NCBI GenBank assembly: GCA_014376785.1
Contig: JACMQW010000064.1
Span: 14,966-78,965 of the forward strand
DNA length: 64,000 nt
DNA from: Oligoflexia bacterium
Lineage (GTDB): Bacteria; Bdellovibrionota; UBA1018
Direction: 5' to 3'
The position numbers and the translations under genes are program-made. Positions 1 through 10,563 of this stretch are shown here, piece by piece. Positions within the stretch are counted from its first letter, which is position 1. The number at the start of each line of letters is the position of its first letter. The notes below the pieces were generated by a model, which saw only the letters and a program-made list of their open reading frames with translations, searched no databases and was not told where the DNA came from.

Positions 1-1043
1 TGAAGTTTACGGATGAGCTGCTTCTCAAGTGCTGGATCGCGAGGAGTGAAATCGGATGCGTATTCCACCTGAGGCGTAACCCCGAGTCTTTCCGTTCCGT
101 CGTTTGATGTGTAACGATCCAGCTGGAGGGTAATCTTCGGGGGTGTTTGGTCTTTTTCCGGAACAGCTTCTCCGACCACTTTCACTGCGAGCCGAGATTC
201 TAAAGCGGGTAATATTTCATTAAAAAGCCGCGGTAAGTCTCGACCCGCATACTTCTTCCCCGGAGCCTTCAGAGCTTCACGTTCAGAGGACTGCAAACCT
301 GGATCGATCACGGCATGGAGCTCATCGCCGATCAGAATCGCGCCGTTTGAAAACAGTTCTGATCCTTCGGCAGAAAGCTGAGCCGCATCGACCAAAATCA
401 GTCGGTAAGCTTTTTCACGGCCGTCGCCTTCCTGCCGAAGCTCGATGTCATAAGCGCGCAGTTCGGTCCCTATTTTAACCGGTCGTCCCTCGAGGGATAA
501 TCGACTCGTCGATTTGAGAGCAGCGAAGAGCTTCGGAAAACCGGCTCCGATCACATGATCAATCGCAAAATCGTCTTGGGTCGCATCGATCCGAGGTCCA
601 CTCACCCTGCCGGAGTCGATCCCGCCCACTCTGGCAATTAAAGACTCGTCGAAGCGTTCGTTCCCCACCCATCGCTCAAAATAAAGTTTTCCAGCGCTCC
701 TCGTAAATCGATAATCGACTAAAAGGGCTGAACCGGACTTCGGGCCGGCGCTCTCGGATGAACTAAAATTTCTACTTTTCAAAGCGGCCAAAGCAGCCGC
801 CACATGATGGCAAGGGTCTGCGCGATCTTCACAATCGCAGAAATAGTCTTCTTCAACGGGCCAGAAGCTTACTTTGTACGAAACGGCCCGCTCGGGAACT
901 TTAATCCTGAAAACCAACTCTTCCGCCGAATCTAAATCGAGGCGGACTGAACCAGATCGCGCGAGTGAGATACCCTTTGACCAGACACCCGGTAAACAGG
1001 ACTTTTGGAGCGAAGCATAAAAGGAATCGTGGGCAGCGCTCAT
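1..1043 (-). CDS. SWIM zinc-finger domain protein, N-terminal 347 aa only; C-terminus lies beyond the window start. Likely N-terminal region of a SNF2-family helicase paralog.
   Basis: Manual reverse-complement translation from the ATG at 1043..1041 stays open to position 1 (MSAAHDSFYASLQKS...). It contains a SWIM-type CxC-x7-CxH motif (FCDCEDRADPCHH). The layout is similar to the N-terminus of the 13580..17161 protein. It is not in the ORF track because it has no stop inside the window. Confidence 0.6.
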   Translation of the reverse strand, partial: MSAAHDSFYASLQKSCLPGVWSKGISLARSGSVRLDLDSAEELVFRIKVPERAVSYKVSFWPVEEDYFCDCEDRADPCHHVAAALAALKSRNFSSSESAGPKSGSALLVDYRFTRSAGKLYFERWVGNERFDESLIARVGGIDSGRVSGPRIDATQDDFAIDHVIGAGFPKLFAALKSTSRLSLEGRPVKIGTELRAYDIELRQEGDGREKAYRLILVDAAQLSAEGSELFSNGAILIGDELHAVIDPGLQSSEREALKAPGKKYAGRDLPRLFNEILPALESRLAVKVVGEAVPEKDQTPPKITLQLDRYTSNDGTERLGVTPQVEYASDFTPRDPALEKQLIRKL

Positions 1044-1114
1044 CGAATCTCTTTCCAGCGAAAAATACGGGCTCCCAGTTTGGCTCTAAGCGCACAAACG
1101 GGGAGCCTGCAGTC

Positions 1115-1465
1115 TTACTTCTTTTTCTTTTTTGCCGGCTTTGAAGCTGATTTTTTTACAGCTTTCTTTTTCGCAGAAGGTTTTTTCTTCGCGTTAGCGA
1201 CAGGCTCAGAGTCGTCCGTTACCATTTCGGACTCAATGTGCTTTTTATCCAATCCTACATTTTTCAAAAACCCCATGAATGGAACTTCGGTTCCAATGGT
1301 GACGTTTACCGCAACACCATCACCGAGAGCGACTTTGAAAATTTCGGCAGCCATTTTGCCCGCTTCTTTCGAAGAAGCGAGTTGGAAAATGTCTCCGCCT
1401 TCCAGTTTCCCTTTTTCATTCGAAAATTCATAACGGAGGTACACGCTGTTAGAGGTCGTTTTCAT
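1115..1465 (-). CDS. small protein with a C-terminal lysine/alanine-rich (histone H1-like) tail; putative nucleoid-associated protein
   Basis: 116-aa ORF ending in AKKKPSAKKKAVKKSASKPAKKKKK. It sits 72 bp upstream of the SWIM protein on the same strand. Confidence 0.5.
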   Translation of the reverse strand: MKTTSNSVYLRYEFSNEKGKLEGGDIFQLASSKEAGKMAAEIFKVALGDGVAVNVTIGTEVPFMGFLKNVGLDKKHIESEMVTDDSEPVANAKKKPSAKKKAVKKSASKPAKKKKK

Positions 1466-1502
1466 CTGAGGTTTTCCTTTGACTCCACATCTACCCTTTT
1501 TT

Positions 1503-2516
1503 TCACCGCTTCTCCAGCCCGAAGCGCTCGGCGAGTAACCGGTAAGAGCGGATACGCGCCTCCTGATCTGGGACCATGGTGGTGATCATGACTTCATCGA
1601 TTGAGAGTTTTTCGGCAAAAGCGCTTACTTGAGCCGCAACTGCGGATGCTTCTCCGACGAACGACTGATTCGGTCGCCGAATCACTTCTCGAAGTCCGGG
1701 TTGGTCTCGGACTTTTAATGCATCGACGAGGGTCGGCATCGGCGCAGATTTGCCTGTTTGGCGAAAACGGTAAAAAGATAAGTCGCCGGGAATGGAAAGC
1801 ATGTCCGCTTCCTCGGCGGATTCCGCTGCTACGATGTTCGTTGCGAGAATGGCGTAAGGCTTTTTCCGAAAAATCGATGGCCGAAAACCGCGCTGGTAAA
1901 GGGCCATCACCTCTTCGGCCGGGAGACTTGAGAAATGATGCGCAAACGCGAACCCCAGGCCATGCTCGGCGGCGAATCTCGCACCGAAATCACTACTTCC
2001 TAAAATGAAGATTTCCGGAGTTTGGGCATCTTCTGGCATGGCGATCACTCCCTGAAAGGGATGCCCTTCTGGAAATGAGCCCGTAAGAAAAGTAGTGAGA
2101 TCCGAAAAAAGTCGGGGAAAATGGTCGACGTGCAAATTCTCATCCAGACCACGAAGCGCCAGCGCAGTACGGGAGTTGGTCCCCGGCGCCCTCCCCAGCC
2201 CGAGATCGATCCGTCCGGGATGCAAGGACTCCAATGTGTGGAATGTTTCCGCCACCTTGAGCGCCGAATGGTTCGGAAGCATGATTCCTCCCGACCCCAC
2301 ACGGAGGTGCTTCGTCACGGAAGCAACATGGCCGATCAATATCTCCGGTGCGGAGCTCGCAATGCCCAGCATGGAATGATGCTCAGCGAGCCAATAACGG
2401 TTAAAACCAAGTGCATCGACACTTTTAGCCAGCTGGAGCGTGTTTTTGAAAGTTTCCCGCGAAGAGGAACCGGAAACCACCGGGGCCAGATCCAAAACAG
2501 AAAGTTTAAGGCTCAT
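1503..2516 (-). CDS. LLM-class (luciferase-like) flavin-dependent oxidoreductase
   Basis: [13 protein letters not shown]...NRYWLAEHH...[10 protein letters not shown] is typical of luciferase-like monooxygenases. The start was chosen at the internal ATG (MSLK), not the upstream ORF-track start. Confidence 0.8.
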   Translation of the reverse strand: MSLKLSVLDLAPVVSGSSSRETFKNTLQLAKSVDALGFNRYWLAEHHSMLGIASSAPEILIGHVASVTKHLRVGSGGIMLPNHSALKVAETFHTLESLHPGRIDLGLGRAPGTNSRTALALRGLDENLHVDHFPRLFSDLTTFLTGSFPEGHPFQGVIAMPEDAQTPEIFILGSSDFGARFAAEHGLGFAFAHHFSSLPAEEVMALYQRGFRPSIFRKKPYAILATNIVAAESAEEADMLSIPGDLSFYRFRQTGKSAPMPTLVDALKVRDQPGLREVIRRPNQSFVGEASAVAAQVSAFAEKLSIDEVMITTMVPDQEARIRSYRLLAERFGLEKR

Positions 2517-2556
2517 GACTGACTGAATATCACAGAAATGGGTTATAGCTGGAGGC

Positions 2557-5058
2557 ATGACGTGGCCACTTTTTGATCGATCGCGCGATTCCGGCAACCC
2601 CCTAGATTCATTCCTTGAATACACATTTGAGAAGAACTTAGAGCTTTACCCAGCGCAAGAAGAAGCCATCCTCGAACTCTATTCGGGGAAAAATGTGATC
2701 CTGAATACGCCCACCGGATCGGGAAAATCTTTGGTGGCTTCTGCTCTTCATTTTCTCTCGCTGAAAAACGGTAAGCGCTCGATTTACACCTGCCCCATCA
2801 AAGCACTTGTGAATGAAAAATTTTTAAGTCTCTGTCGGGAATTTGGGCCCGACCAAGTCGGAATGATTACCGGAGACGCTACGGTGAATCCAGACGCCCC
2901 GATTATCTGCTGCACAGCGGAGATCCTCTCAAACCTTGCGCTTCGCCTCGGGGAAGACACTCCCTACGCGGATGTGATCATGGACGAATTTCATTATTAC
3001 TCGGACCGAGACCGAGGGGTCGCTTGGCAAATCCCCCTCTTAGTGATGAAGCGTTCCCGTTTTCTCCTCATGTCAGCGACTCTGGGCGACACTTCCTTTT
3101 TTGAAAAAGCACTGACTGCGTTAAACGGCCTGGAAACCATCTTAGTGAAATCGAACCAGCGCCCGGTACCCCTCGATTTCCAATACAGTGAACGGCCGCT
3201 CCATTTAAAAATTGCGGAATTGATCGAGAAGGGAAGGTCACCCATTTATCTCGTGAACTTCACCCAACGCGATTGCGCCGAAGAAGCGCAAAAACTCATG
3301 TCGATTGATTTCTGTACAAAGGAAGAAAAGAAGAAAATCGCTGAATTCCTCGAGGACGTCGACTTTAAGAGTCCCTACGGAAAAGACCTTAGTCGAATCC
3401 TCAGACACGGAATCGGACTTCACCACGCTGGCCTTCTGCCGCGCTACCGCGTGCTGGTGGAAAAACTAGCGGCGCAGGGACTTCTGAAAGTCATTTCCGG
3501 CACAGACACGCTCGGAGTCGGAGTAAACGTTCCAATTCGCACCGTACTTTTTACGAAGCTCGCAAAATATGACGGGGTTAAAACAGGCCTTCTAAGTGTG
3601 CGCGATTTCCAGCAGATCAGCGGAAGGGCCGGAAGAAAAGGTTTCGATGATGAAGGGACTGTTGTCATTCAAGCGCCTGAGCACGTGATTGAAAACGTTT
3701 CTCAGGAAGCGAAAGCGGCTGGCGATCCAAAAAAAATGAAGAAACTCGTCAAACGAAAACCTCCCGAAAAAGGTTACGTTCCATGGAACAAAGACACCCT
3801 GACGAAACTCGTGGAAGGCCAGCCTGAACCGCTCGTGTCCCGTTTTCAGGTGACTCACGCCATGGTCTTGAACGTACTGAGTCGACCCGGCTCAAGAAAT
3901 TGTCAGCCACTCCGCGAAATCATTCGCTCGAGTCACGAATCCGAAGTTCAAAAAAAGAGACACGGGAAATTAGCTTTTCAGCTTTTCCGGTCCCTACACG
4001 AGCGCGGAATCATCGAGCTAAATCCCCTCCGCGTGAATGTCGATTTGCAGCAAGATTTCTCGCTGAACCAAACCCTCTCGCTCTACTTGCTCGACACCTT
4101 GAAATTACTCGATTCGCAAGATCTGAATTATGCCTTCGACTTGCTGACACTCGTCGAATCCATTCTCGAAAATCCGGACCTGATTTTGCGGAGACAGGTG
4201 GATCGAATGAAAACCGCCGCCATGGCTGATATGAAAGCGGCCGGCATGGAATTCGATGAGCGAATCGAAGCACTCGAGAAAATAGAATATCCAAAACCGA
4301 ATCGGGAGTTCATTTACAGCACCTTTAACCGTTTCGCTGCGGCCCATCCTTGGGTCGGCCAAGATAATATTCGGCCTAAATCGATCGCGCGCGAAATGTT
4401 CGAAACTTTCCAATCTTTCCACGATTACATCCGCGATTATGATCTCCAGCGAGTGGAGGGGCTTCTGCTTCGCTACCTGAGTGAAGTCTACAAAGTCTTA
4501 CTCCAGACAATTCCTGAGGCGGCTAGAACCGATGAAGTCGATTCGCTCGTCGATTATTTGGGTGAGATGCTTCGAGGCATCGATTCAAGTCTAGTCGACG
4601 AATGGGAAAAACTTCGAAATCCAGAAAATGCCGCACTGAAACGTGCCGCAAGAGAATCCCAAATCGCTGCCGCCGACGCGCTTCGGATCGCTGCGGAAGC
4701 TGAAAAAAAGGCGGTAAAAAATCGCGAAATAACCGTGAAGAACGAAGTATTCAGAGTTGTCCGCTTGCTCTGGAATTTAGACTTTGTCGCCGCCGCAGAA
4801 TCGCTCGAATGTGCCCCTGGTGAGATCGAAAGTCCGATGAAAGAGTATCAGAAAGAACATACGGGGATTCTATTGGATCAAAAGGCCCGGTCTGCTGACT
4901 TTGTTCGAATCGAAAATTTGAGCGGCGAAACGTTCAAAGTCGAACAGACTCTGGTCGATCCAGAAGGGCATCATGACTGGAACTTAGTCGTTGAAGCCGA
5001 TGTCAAAGAGGCCGGTCGACCGAAACTGAGACTGATTTTCCTTGGGCCTTCAAGTTAA
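2557..5058 (+). CDS. DEAD/DEAH-box (Ski2-like) helicase with a long C-terminal DUF3516-type region
   Basis: Walker A (NTPTGSGKS), a DEFH box, and helicase-C motifs (ISGRAGRKG) are present. The protein is 833 aa with a roughly 350-aa non-helicase C-terminal extension. Confidence 0.8.
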   Translation: MTWPLFDRSRDSGNPLDSFLEYTFEKNLELYPAQEEAILELYSGKNVILNTPTGSGKSLVASALHFLSLKNGKRSIYTCPIKALVNEKFLSLCREFGPDQVGMITGDATVNPDAPIICCTAEILSNLALRLGEDTPYADVIMDEFHYYSDRDRGVAWQIPLLVMKRSRFLLMSATLGDTSFFEKALTALNGLETILVKSNQRPVPLDFQYSERPLHLKIAELIEKGRSPIYLVNFTQRDCAEEAQKLMSIDFCTKEEKKKIAEFLEDVDFKSPYGKDLSRILRHGIGLHHAGLLPRYRVLVEKLAAQGLLKVISGTDTLGVGVNVPIRTVLFTKLAKYDGVKTGLLSVRDFQQISGRAGRKGFDDEGTVVIQAPEHVIENVSQEAKAAGDPKKMKKLVKRKPPEKGYVPWNKDTLTKLVEGQPEPLVSRFQVTHAMVLNVLSRPGSRNCQPLREIIRSSHESEVQKKRHGKLAFQLFRSLHERGIIELNPLRVNVDLQQDFSLNQTLSLYLLDTLKLLDSQDLNYAFDLLTLVESILENPDLILRRQVDRMKTAAMADMKAAGMEFDERIEALEKIEYPKPNREFIYSTFNRFAAAHPWVGQDNIRPKSIAREMFETFQSFHDYIRDYDLQRVEGLLLRYLSEVYKVLLQTIPEAARTDEVDSLVDYLGEMLRGIDSSLVDEWEKLRNPENAALKRAARESQIAAADALRIAAEAEKKAVKNREITVKNEVFRVVRLLWNLDFVAAAESLECAPGEIESPMKEYQKEHTGILLDQKARSADFVRIENLSGETFKVEQTLVDPEGHHDWNLVVEADVKEAGRPKLRLIFLGPSS

Positions 5059-5119
5059 TCCAGGCTTAAAATCCTGAGCCTCCCTTGCCTGCTTGGGAAA
5101 GCTGTGGCTGAATCTCCCC

Positions 5120-6052
5120 ATGAAGCTCTACAAGATGGCTCGTTTCGGGATTTGTGCGATGGCTCTTTCCGTCCTGCTGACATCGTTCTCAAATCTGGCT
5201 AAAGCAGAACCGCCTCATTGTGAGTCCTATCCTTCTCGCCAACTCGAAAAAAACGTCGATTTCTGTATTCAGAGAAGTCGACCCGATCTTCCGCCTCGTG
5301 CTAACGAGCCCGTTATTTATTTCATGCATGGGATTTTCCGCGATGCAAACTTTTGGGCGGTCAGTGGTTACGCAGAGACGATTGAAGAGTTTGCTAAAAA
5401 GGATCCAAACTTCCCCTCATTTACCATCGTCAGCTTCAGTACGAGTGCACTTAGTTTTTTCTCCGACTCTGGCTCTCTTCATAAAGGGCGCGGATCGTAC
5501 GAGTCTTGGTTCATCACTGAGTTTATTCCCATGATGGAAAAGACCCAGTCTCTTTGTCATGAGCGAGCTTGTCGACTGATCGCTGGTCAATCCATGGGAG
5601 GTTTCGGCGCGTTAAAAACGGCTTTCCGCTATCCGGAACTTTTTTCGGCGGTTGCCGCGAGCTCCCCTGCGCTGCCCCCGTTCAACTTTCAAGAATCGAC
5701 GGCCAGATTCATTTCCTTCTTTAAGCGCCATCCCATTGGTATTATTCGAGGACTAGTGATGCTCAAGTTCGCTCAGGGAATTTTTACCACCCCTGAATAC
5801 GCGGATGAGAATGACCCGTCCTATCTTGCGCGGATCTTTCCGAACAAAGCCAGATTGCCTCAGATCTACATCGAAATGGGCGGAAAAGATGATTACGGGC
5901 TTCAAGAAGGCTACGCCCGCTTCACCAGAATCATGCGCGAACGCCATCTCCCCTACGAAGGTCATTACTTTAAAAACGCCGATCACGGTCTGTACTACGA
6001 ACGCAGACCCTACTTCATCCGTTTCTTGGCGGACCACTTTCAAAACCAGTGA
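5120..6052 (+). CDS. secreted esterase-family alpha/beta hydrolase
   Basis: N-terminal signal peptide and a GQSMGG nucleophile elbow, with overall resemblance to the putative esterase family. The start is ambiguous among ATGs at 5093, 5120 and 5135. Confidence 0.7.
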   Translation: MKLYKMARFGICAMALSVLLTSFSNLAKAEPPHCESYPSRQLEKNVDFCIQRSRPDLPPRANEPVIYFMHGIFRDANFWAVSGYAETIEEFAKKDPNFPSFTIVSFSTSALSFFSDSGSLHKGRGSYESWFITEFIPMMEKTQSLCHERACRLIAGQSMGGFGALKTAFRYPELFSAVAASSPALPPFNFQESTARFISFFKRHPIGIIRGLVMLKFAQGIFTTPEYADENDPSYLARIFPNKARLPQIYIEMGGKDDYGLQEGYARFTRIMRERHLPYEGHYFKNADHGLYYERRPYFIRFLADHFQNQ

Positions 6053-6171
6053 ATGCTAGCGTTCGGCTCCTGATTAAGCTTAAAATAGGGTTCGATTGAT
6101 AACCTTTACCCGACCCTTCTATGCGTTCGTCGATAGACATCCAAACTGAAATCATCTAACGGCTCGGCTAT

Positions 6172-6636
6172 TTGCCCGCATTTTTTAAGCCGGCTCTTTA
6201 TTCGCCCGAACTTCTCGAAAATTTATGGGCCCAGACAAAATCTTCTGATCTCGACAGCACCCTCCCCGAACTTTTTCGGAAAAAACTTAGCGTTCTTTTT
6301 TCTCGCCATTCTAATTCTTCCTACCGCCTCATTTCACTCAGTTCAGAACTACGGCGGTTCGGAGTTTCCGCTGAGAAAATTTATCAGCTTTTAGAAAGGC
6401 CAGCGCCTGCCCTCGGAGCCCGGTCTCACGATCTAGAGACCCTTTCAGCAGAGCAGCGAGGAAAATTTCCAAAATCCGAATGCCCCTTAGAAGAAATGCT
6501 TTTAGAAGAATGCATTTCGCTTTTTCTGAGGGAATCGACCCCACGGCGAATGACGCAAATTCGGGAATTCGTAGGAATTCAGTTTTACGATGTGCTCACT
6601 CTTTTTATCTCTTACCACCGCGCATGTTTAGACTAG
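6172..6636 (+). CDS. hypothetical protein, possibly a remnant N-terminal region of the downstream decayed sensor kinase
   Basis: 154-aa ORF with no recognisable motif, immediately upstream of frameshifted PAS-like coding fragments. Confidence 0.3.
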   Translation: MPAFFKPALYSPELLENLWAQTKSSDLDSTLPELFRKKLSVLFSRHSNSSYRLISLSSELRRFGVSAEKIYQLLERPAPALGARSHDLETLSAEQRGKFPKSECPLEEMLLEECISLFLRESTPRRMTQIREFVGIQFYDVLTLFISYHRACLD

Positions 6637-6639
6637 GCA

Positions 6640-8125
6640 GAGAGCCATCCAGAGCTTTCGACAGACGATGACCCACGAGTTCGGGAGAAACTGACTGTAC
6701 TCGTGAATGAAGATCCTCGTTTCAGAGAATACTTTCAAAAATACCGCGCGAGATTTCCAGTCGGTGAACACTAGCGCTATTTTGACTTCGTTTATTCGGC
6801 AAGAAGGAATCGATCGGGAGAAATCGATGGGATCATGGTGCTTGCGAACGATGGTTTGGTCGGAGCATGGAAGAATTAAAGGGCCTAAAGCGCCACCAGT
6901 TCGCATCCACCGAAACAACGGATGCTGCTCGTCCTTACGAAAAAATGGCACTTGCAGGGAAGAAAGTTCGTTATCAGAATGTCATTCGTAACGAGCAAGG
7001 TGTTTCAAAGCACCTCGACATCGAATTTGTTCCCCACCTAGATCCCATCAGCGGAAAACTAAAAGGGGCAGTAGTCGTGGGTCATGACGTGACCGCCCTG
7101 CAAGAAGCACGGCGCCAGGCCGAACTTTCTCGAAAAGCACTCTACGATCTGTTTATGGAGGCTCCGGTGGGGATTTGCGTATTTGAGGGCTCAGATCACC
7201 GATTTGTATTGGTGAACCCCATTTTTAAACAAATTTTTTCAACGACGAGCGCGCCCTTCTCGGAAAATCCTTCCGCGATGTCGTCCCGGAAGCATCGGAT
7301 CAGGGATATTTCGACCTGCTCGATAACGTTTACACGACTGGCGAATCGGTATTCGGTACCGAAGCCTCTGCGAAAATTTGCCAGTTGAATGGCGAACTTC
7401 GCGAAACTTTCACAAATTTTATTTATCAGGCCAAGCGGAATGCGAAGGGCGAAATCGACGGCATTCTGTTCGTCATTTATGACGTAACCGACCAAGTGCT
7501 GGCAAAACAAAGAATGGAGCAGGCGTTGCGTGCTCGAGACGAGTTTCTGTCTATCGCAAGCCATAAATTGAAAACCCCTCTTACGTCCATTCAGCTCCAG
7601 ACACAAATGGCTAAACGCAATATCGAAAAAAATAGAGAGACGGCGTTTGAGCCTGCGCGAGTGGTTAAACTCATCGATCAAACAGATCACAGTCTTCGGC
7701 GGCTGACCCGACTCGTGGACGATATGCTCGATATCTCCCGGATCACTACCGGTAAACTCACTTTTCATCGCGAAACTCTTGACCTCCTTGCACTCGTGCG
7801 GGAAGTGGTGGGAAATCTTCTGACGAATGCCATTCGTTACGGTGAAGGTTCACCCATTAAAATTTCGGTTAAAAATCAAGCTGACCGTGCCGTGCTGATT
7901 GTGCAGGATGCTGGCCCGGGAATCGCTCAAGAAAATCAGGATCGCATCTTCGAGCGTTTCGAGCGAGCCACACCCGCGAGTTCAATCAGTGGGCTTGGCC
8001 TCGGCCTCTCTATTTCTAGGGAGATTGTGAATCGTCACTCCGGAACCTTATTTTTAAAAAGCTCTCCTGGAGCGGGCGCTTCATTTCTAGTCGACCTTCC
8101 GTTAAACGCCACTGATATGCCTTAA
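6640..8125 (+). pseudogene. PAS-domain sensor histidine kinase disrupted by frameshifts (PAS-PAS-HisKA-HATPase_c)
   Basis: Frame-0 PAS segment (…EAPVGICVFEGSDHRFVLVNPIFKQIF) switches to frame 2 (NDERALLGKSFRD…YDVTDQVLAKQ…SHKLKTPLT…HATPase) at a T6 run at 7234..7239; one extra T would restore the frame. Upstream, 6640..6866 holds further PAS-like fragments in frames 2, 1 and 0, separated by an in-frame TAG at 6772..6774 and TGA codons. Confidence 0.6.
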
Positions 8126-8185
8126 TTGAACACTGACGCCCCGGCCTCGATATTGCTTTGAGAAGTTCTGATCGGAGGACTATCG

Positions 8186-8485
8186 ATGGATGCAGGTAAA
8201 AAGATGGACGCACTGGTCGCAGAAAAGTTACTCGACTGGAAGAAAGAGTCCGGAATGCCAGCTCCAGCTGTAAGTACTGATTTGTCTTCGGCTTGGAAGC
8301 TCGTCGATCCTATTTGTGACCGCGGTTTCAGACTTCAATTAAGCGGAAGTAGGATCTGGCAAGCGCGGTTTTATAAGTCTGTCGCCCATACTCTAGAAAC
8401 CCGTGCGTTCGAAGCCACTGGAAGTAATCCTGCGGAAGCCATCTGTCTCGCGGCCCTCGCCGTTAATGGTCAAACTCTCAAATAG
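8186..8485 (+). CDS. small protein resembling the phage ABA-sandwich domain family
   Basis: The N-terminal MDALVAEKLLDWKK motif and about 100-aa length resemble Phage_ABA_S-type proteins. This is from memory of the family, not a search. Confidence 0.45.
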   Translation: MDAGKKMDALVAEKLLDWKKESGMPAPAVSTDLSSAWKLVDPICDRGFRLQLSGSRIWQARFYKSVAHTLETRAFEATGSNPAEAICLAALAVNGQTLK

Positions 8486-8501
8486 AAGGAAGAAATCATT
8501 C

Positions 8502-8642
8502 ATGCTAGTCGATATGAAACTTTTTGCAGCGATCGCGGTGGCAGTCATTTTGGTGGGCGGTTTTCTTTGGCTAAAACCTCGTCGAAACGCTCCGAAAAAG
8601 AACTCGGGAGTCGGTAACATCACTCAACCTAAAGGGGATTAA
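8502..8642 (+). CDS. small single-TM membrane protein (46 aa)
   Basis: ATG preceded by a GGAAG ribosome-binding site. The hydrophobic core is LFAAIAVAVILVGGFLWL followed by a basic tail. It overlaps the converging methyltransferase stop by 14 nt. Confidence 0.3.
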   Translation: MLVDMKLFAAIAVAVILVGGFLWLKPRRNAPKKNSGVGNITQPKGD

Positions 8643-9771
8643 GCGAGTCCGTCAGGAAAGCTAACGTTTCGAAATGCTCGGTCTGCGGAAAGAAGTCATA
8701 CGGCTGCAAGCGGTTCACCTTGAATCCACAACTTTCGAAAAACCTCAGATCGCGTGCCAGACTGGAAGCACTACAGGACAGGTACACAACCGAAGTGGGT
8801 CGACTCTGACTGATGCATTCTTTCAGAGCAGCGCTAGCCTCGTTCCCTAAACCTGATCTCGGAGGGTTAATGTAAAGTACATATGTCCCGCGTATTCTTT
8901 CAAGAACGATTGGGTCTCGAAGGCGATGCTCGACGCTGCCCACGTAGGCCAGATGAAATGGCCTTCCCTCTAGATCTGAAAGCGAAGCAAACTCACTGGC
9001 CTCTTTTGAGATTTCAATTCCGATCCAGCTGACCTCGGCCGGGAGTAAACATGAAAGCTCGCCGGTTCCACTATAGAGGTCGAGAACGAACTCCGGATTT
9101 ACACGGAGAATCTCACTTACGGCATCCGCCCTTGCTTCTCGTAGAAGAGAGCCGGCAACCTGACGAAAAGCACGAATTGGATGAGAGCGTTTGAATCCGC
9201 TGCCAAAAACAGAAATAATTTCGCGGTGACCGAACACTCGCCTGCCGATTTGATTCACGTGATGAAACCACACTTGATCGATCGGTGGCACTAACAGCCG
9301 TGAAAAGTCTAATCGACGAATCACATCCTCTACGGACTCGGATGTAACAAAAACCAAATGCGGAGTTCCGATCCAAATTCCGAGTAATGACTTCGCGATT
9401 TCAGGAGAACCGAGACGATGAAGTTCTCTTTTCAAGTTTCTCAGCACTGTTTGAATAGCCACGCTATGGACCGGGCAAGTGTCCCAAGAAATAAATTCTT
9501 GAATCCACTTGCCTCCCACCGAAGCCGCTCTCAACATTCCAAAAGAGTACTCACCGTCCCGATACTGGCAGCGAAGCCAAGATTTATTTCGGTATCCGAT
9601 TTGTTCTTCGCCCGGTGCTGGAACAATTTGCTGAAGAGAATCGCTCCAGCTTTCCAACTTCTCGCCAGCCCAATTTTGCTTTCTCTCCACCTGAAGTGGG
9701 TAGTTGAGAGTTTTATAATGACAGGCACGACAATTTGGGTTGCATCCGGGGTGTTGCTGAAGTGAAGACAT
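8629..9771 (-). CDS. class I SAM-dependent RNA (uracil-5-)-methyltransferase, TrmA/RlmC/RlmD family
   Basis: N-terminal Cys cluster (CNPNCRACHY), a SAM-binding fold, and a C-terminal catalytic region typical of RumA-like methyltransferases. Confidence 0.8.
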   Translation of the reverse strand: MSSLQQHPGCNPNCRACHYKTLNYPLQVERKQNWAGEKLESWSDSLQQIVPAPGEEQIGYRNKSWLRCQYRDGEYSFGMLRAASVGGKWIQEFISWDTCPVHSVAIQTVLRNLKRELHRLGSPEIAKSLLGIWIGTPHLVFVTSESVEDVIRRLDFSRLLVPPIDQVWFHHVNQIGRRVFGHREIISVFGSGFKRSHPIRAFRQVAGSLLREARADAVSEILRVNPEFVLDLYSGTGELSCLLPAEVSWIGIEISKEASEFASLSDLEGRPFHLAYVGSVEHRLRDPIVLERIRGTYVLYINPPRSGLGNEASAALKECISQSRPTSVVYLSCSASSLARDLRFFESCGFKVNRLQPYDFFPQTEHFETLAFLTDSLNPL

Positions 9772-9796
9772 CTGAATTGCTAAAGCTGATTCAGGA

Positions 9797-10423
9797 CTAG
9801 CTCGTTTTTGCGCCGTTATCGGTGATCACCAGTTCAACGCGACGATTTTTTTGGCGACCCGATTTACTGGAATTCGAGTCGATCGGTTTCGACTCTCCGT
9901 AACCTTCCGTACGAATTTGATCAGCAGGCACCCCTTTTTCGAGTAGGACATTTTGCACTGCTTTCGCGCGCTGTAACGAGAGGCCTTCATTAAAGGTGGG
10001 ATTTCCAATACTATCCGTATGGCCCGCAACTAAAATGCGATTGGCAGGATACTTAACGAGCACTCCACTCAGCTGTTCAAGCTGTGGAATGGCGGCAGCT
10101 TGCAACTTCGCGCTGCCCGTTTCAAAGAGGAGATCATTCTTCAAGTTCACTAGGATACCGTCTTGAGTCCGCTTCGTATCAGCGACCTGAGCCAATTCCT
10201 TTGCCTGCTTATCGAGCCGATTTCCAACCACCCCACCAGCAACCGCGCCCAGTCCGGCTCCGATTGCGGCTCCCTTGCCTCCGCCGAGAAGTGCGCCAAT
10301 CGCTGCACCGCCAACGGCTCCACCTCCGGCTCCCATAGCCGTTCTTTTTTGATCGGAAGCACATCCGCTCGCCAAGAGTAAACTCGCAAGAACACCCATC
10401 AATACCGAATTTTTCGCCGACAT
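9797..10423 (-). CDS. OmpA-family lipoprotein with a glycine-zipper region
   Basis: Lipobox (LLLASGC), a Gly/Ala-rich repeat, and a C-terminal OmpA-like peptidoglycan-binding domain (NRRVEL). The start was set at MSAKNS. Confidence 0.8.
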   Translation of the reverse strand: MSAKNSVLMGVLASLLLASGCASDQKRTAMGAGGGAVGGAAIGALLGGGKGAAIGAGLGAVAGGVVGNRLDKQAKELAQVADTKRTQDGILVNLKNDLLFETGSAKLQAAAIPQLEQLSGVLVKYPANRILVAGHTDSIGNPTFNEGLSLQRAKAVQNVLLEKGVPADQIRTEGYGESKPIDSNSSKSGRQKNRRVELVITDNGAKTS

Positions 10424-10563
10424 GCTTACGCCACCGTTCTGCTTATTTTCTAATTTATTAATCATCATTTCATTCATACCTGACCGAATGCAGCTCGCAT
10501 ACCACTGAAAAAGTCACCTAATGGGGCGACGAGACGCGGCACAGTGAATGCACTTTATTTTTT

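Noticed and set aside
901-1095. ORF-track minus-strand ORF of 64 aa
   Set aside because: It lies out of frame inside the real SWIM-domain gene, whose long ORF is absent from the track only because it runs off the window edge.
2557-6052. Hachiman-like or other helicase-based defence pair (helicase plus adjacent gene)
   Set aside because: The adjacent gene is a secreted esterase, not a HamA/DUF1837-like partner. The helicase matches the widespread DUF3516 housekeeping-type architecture.
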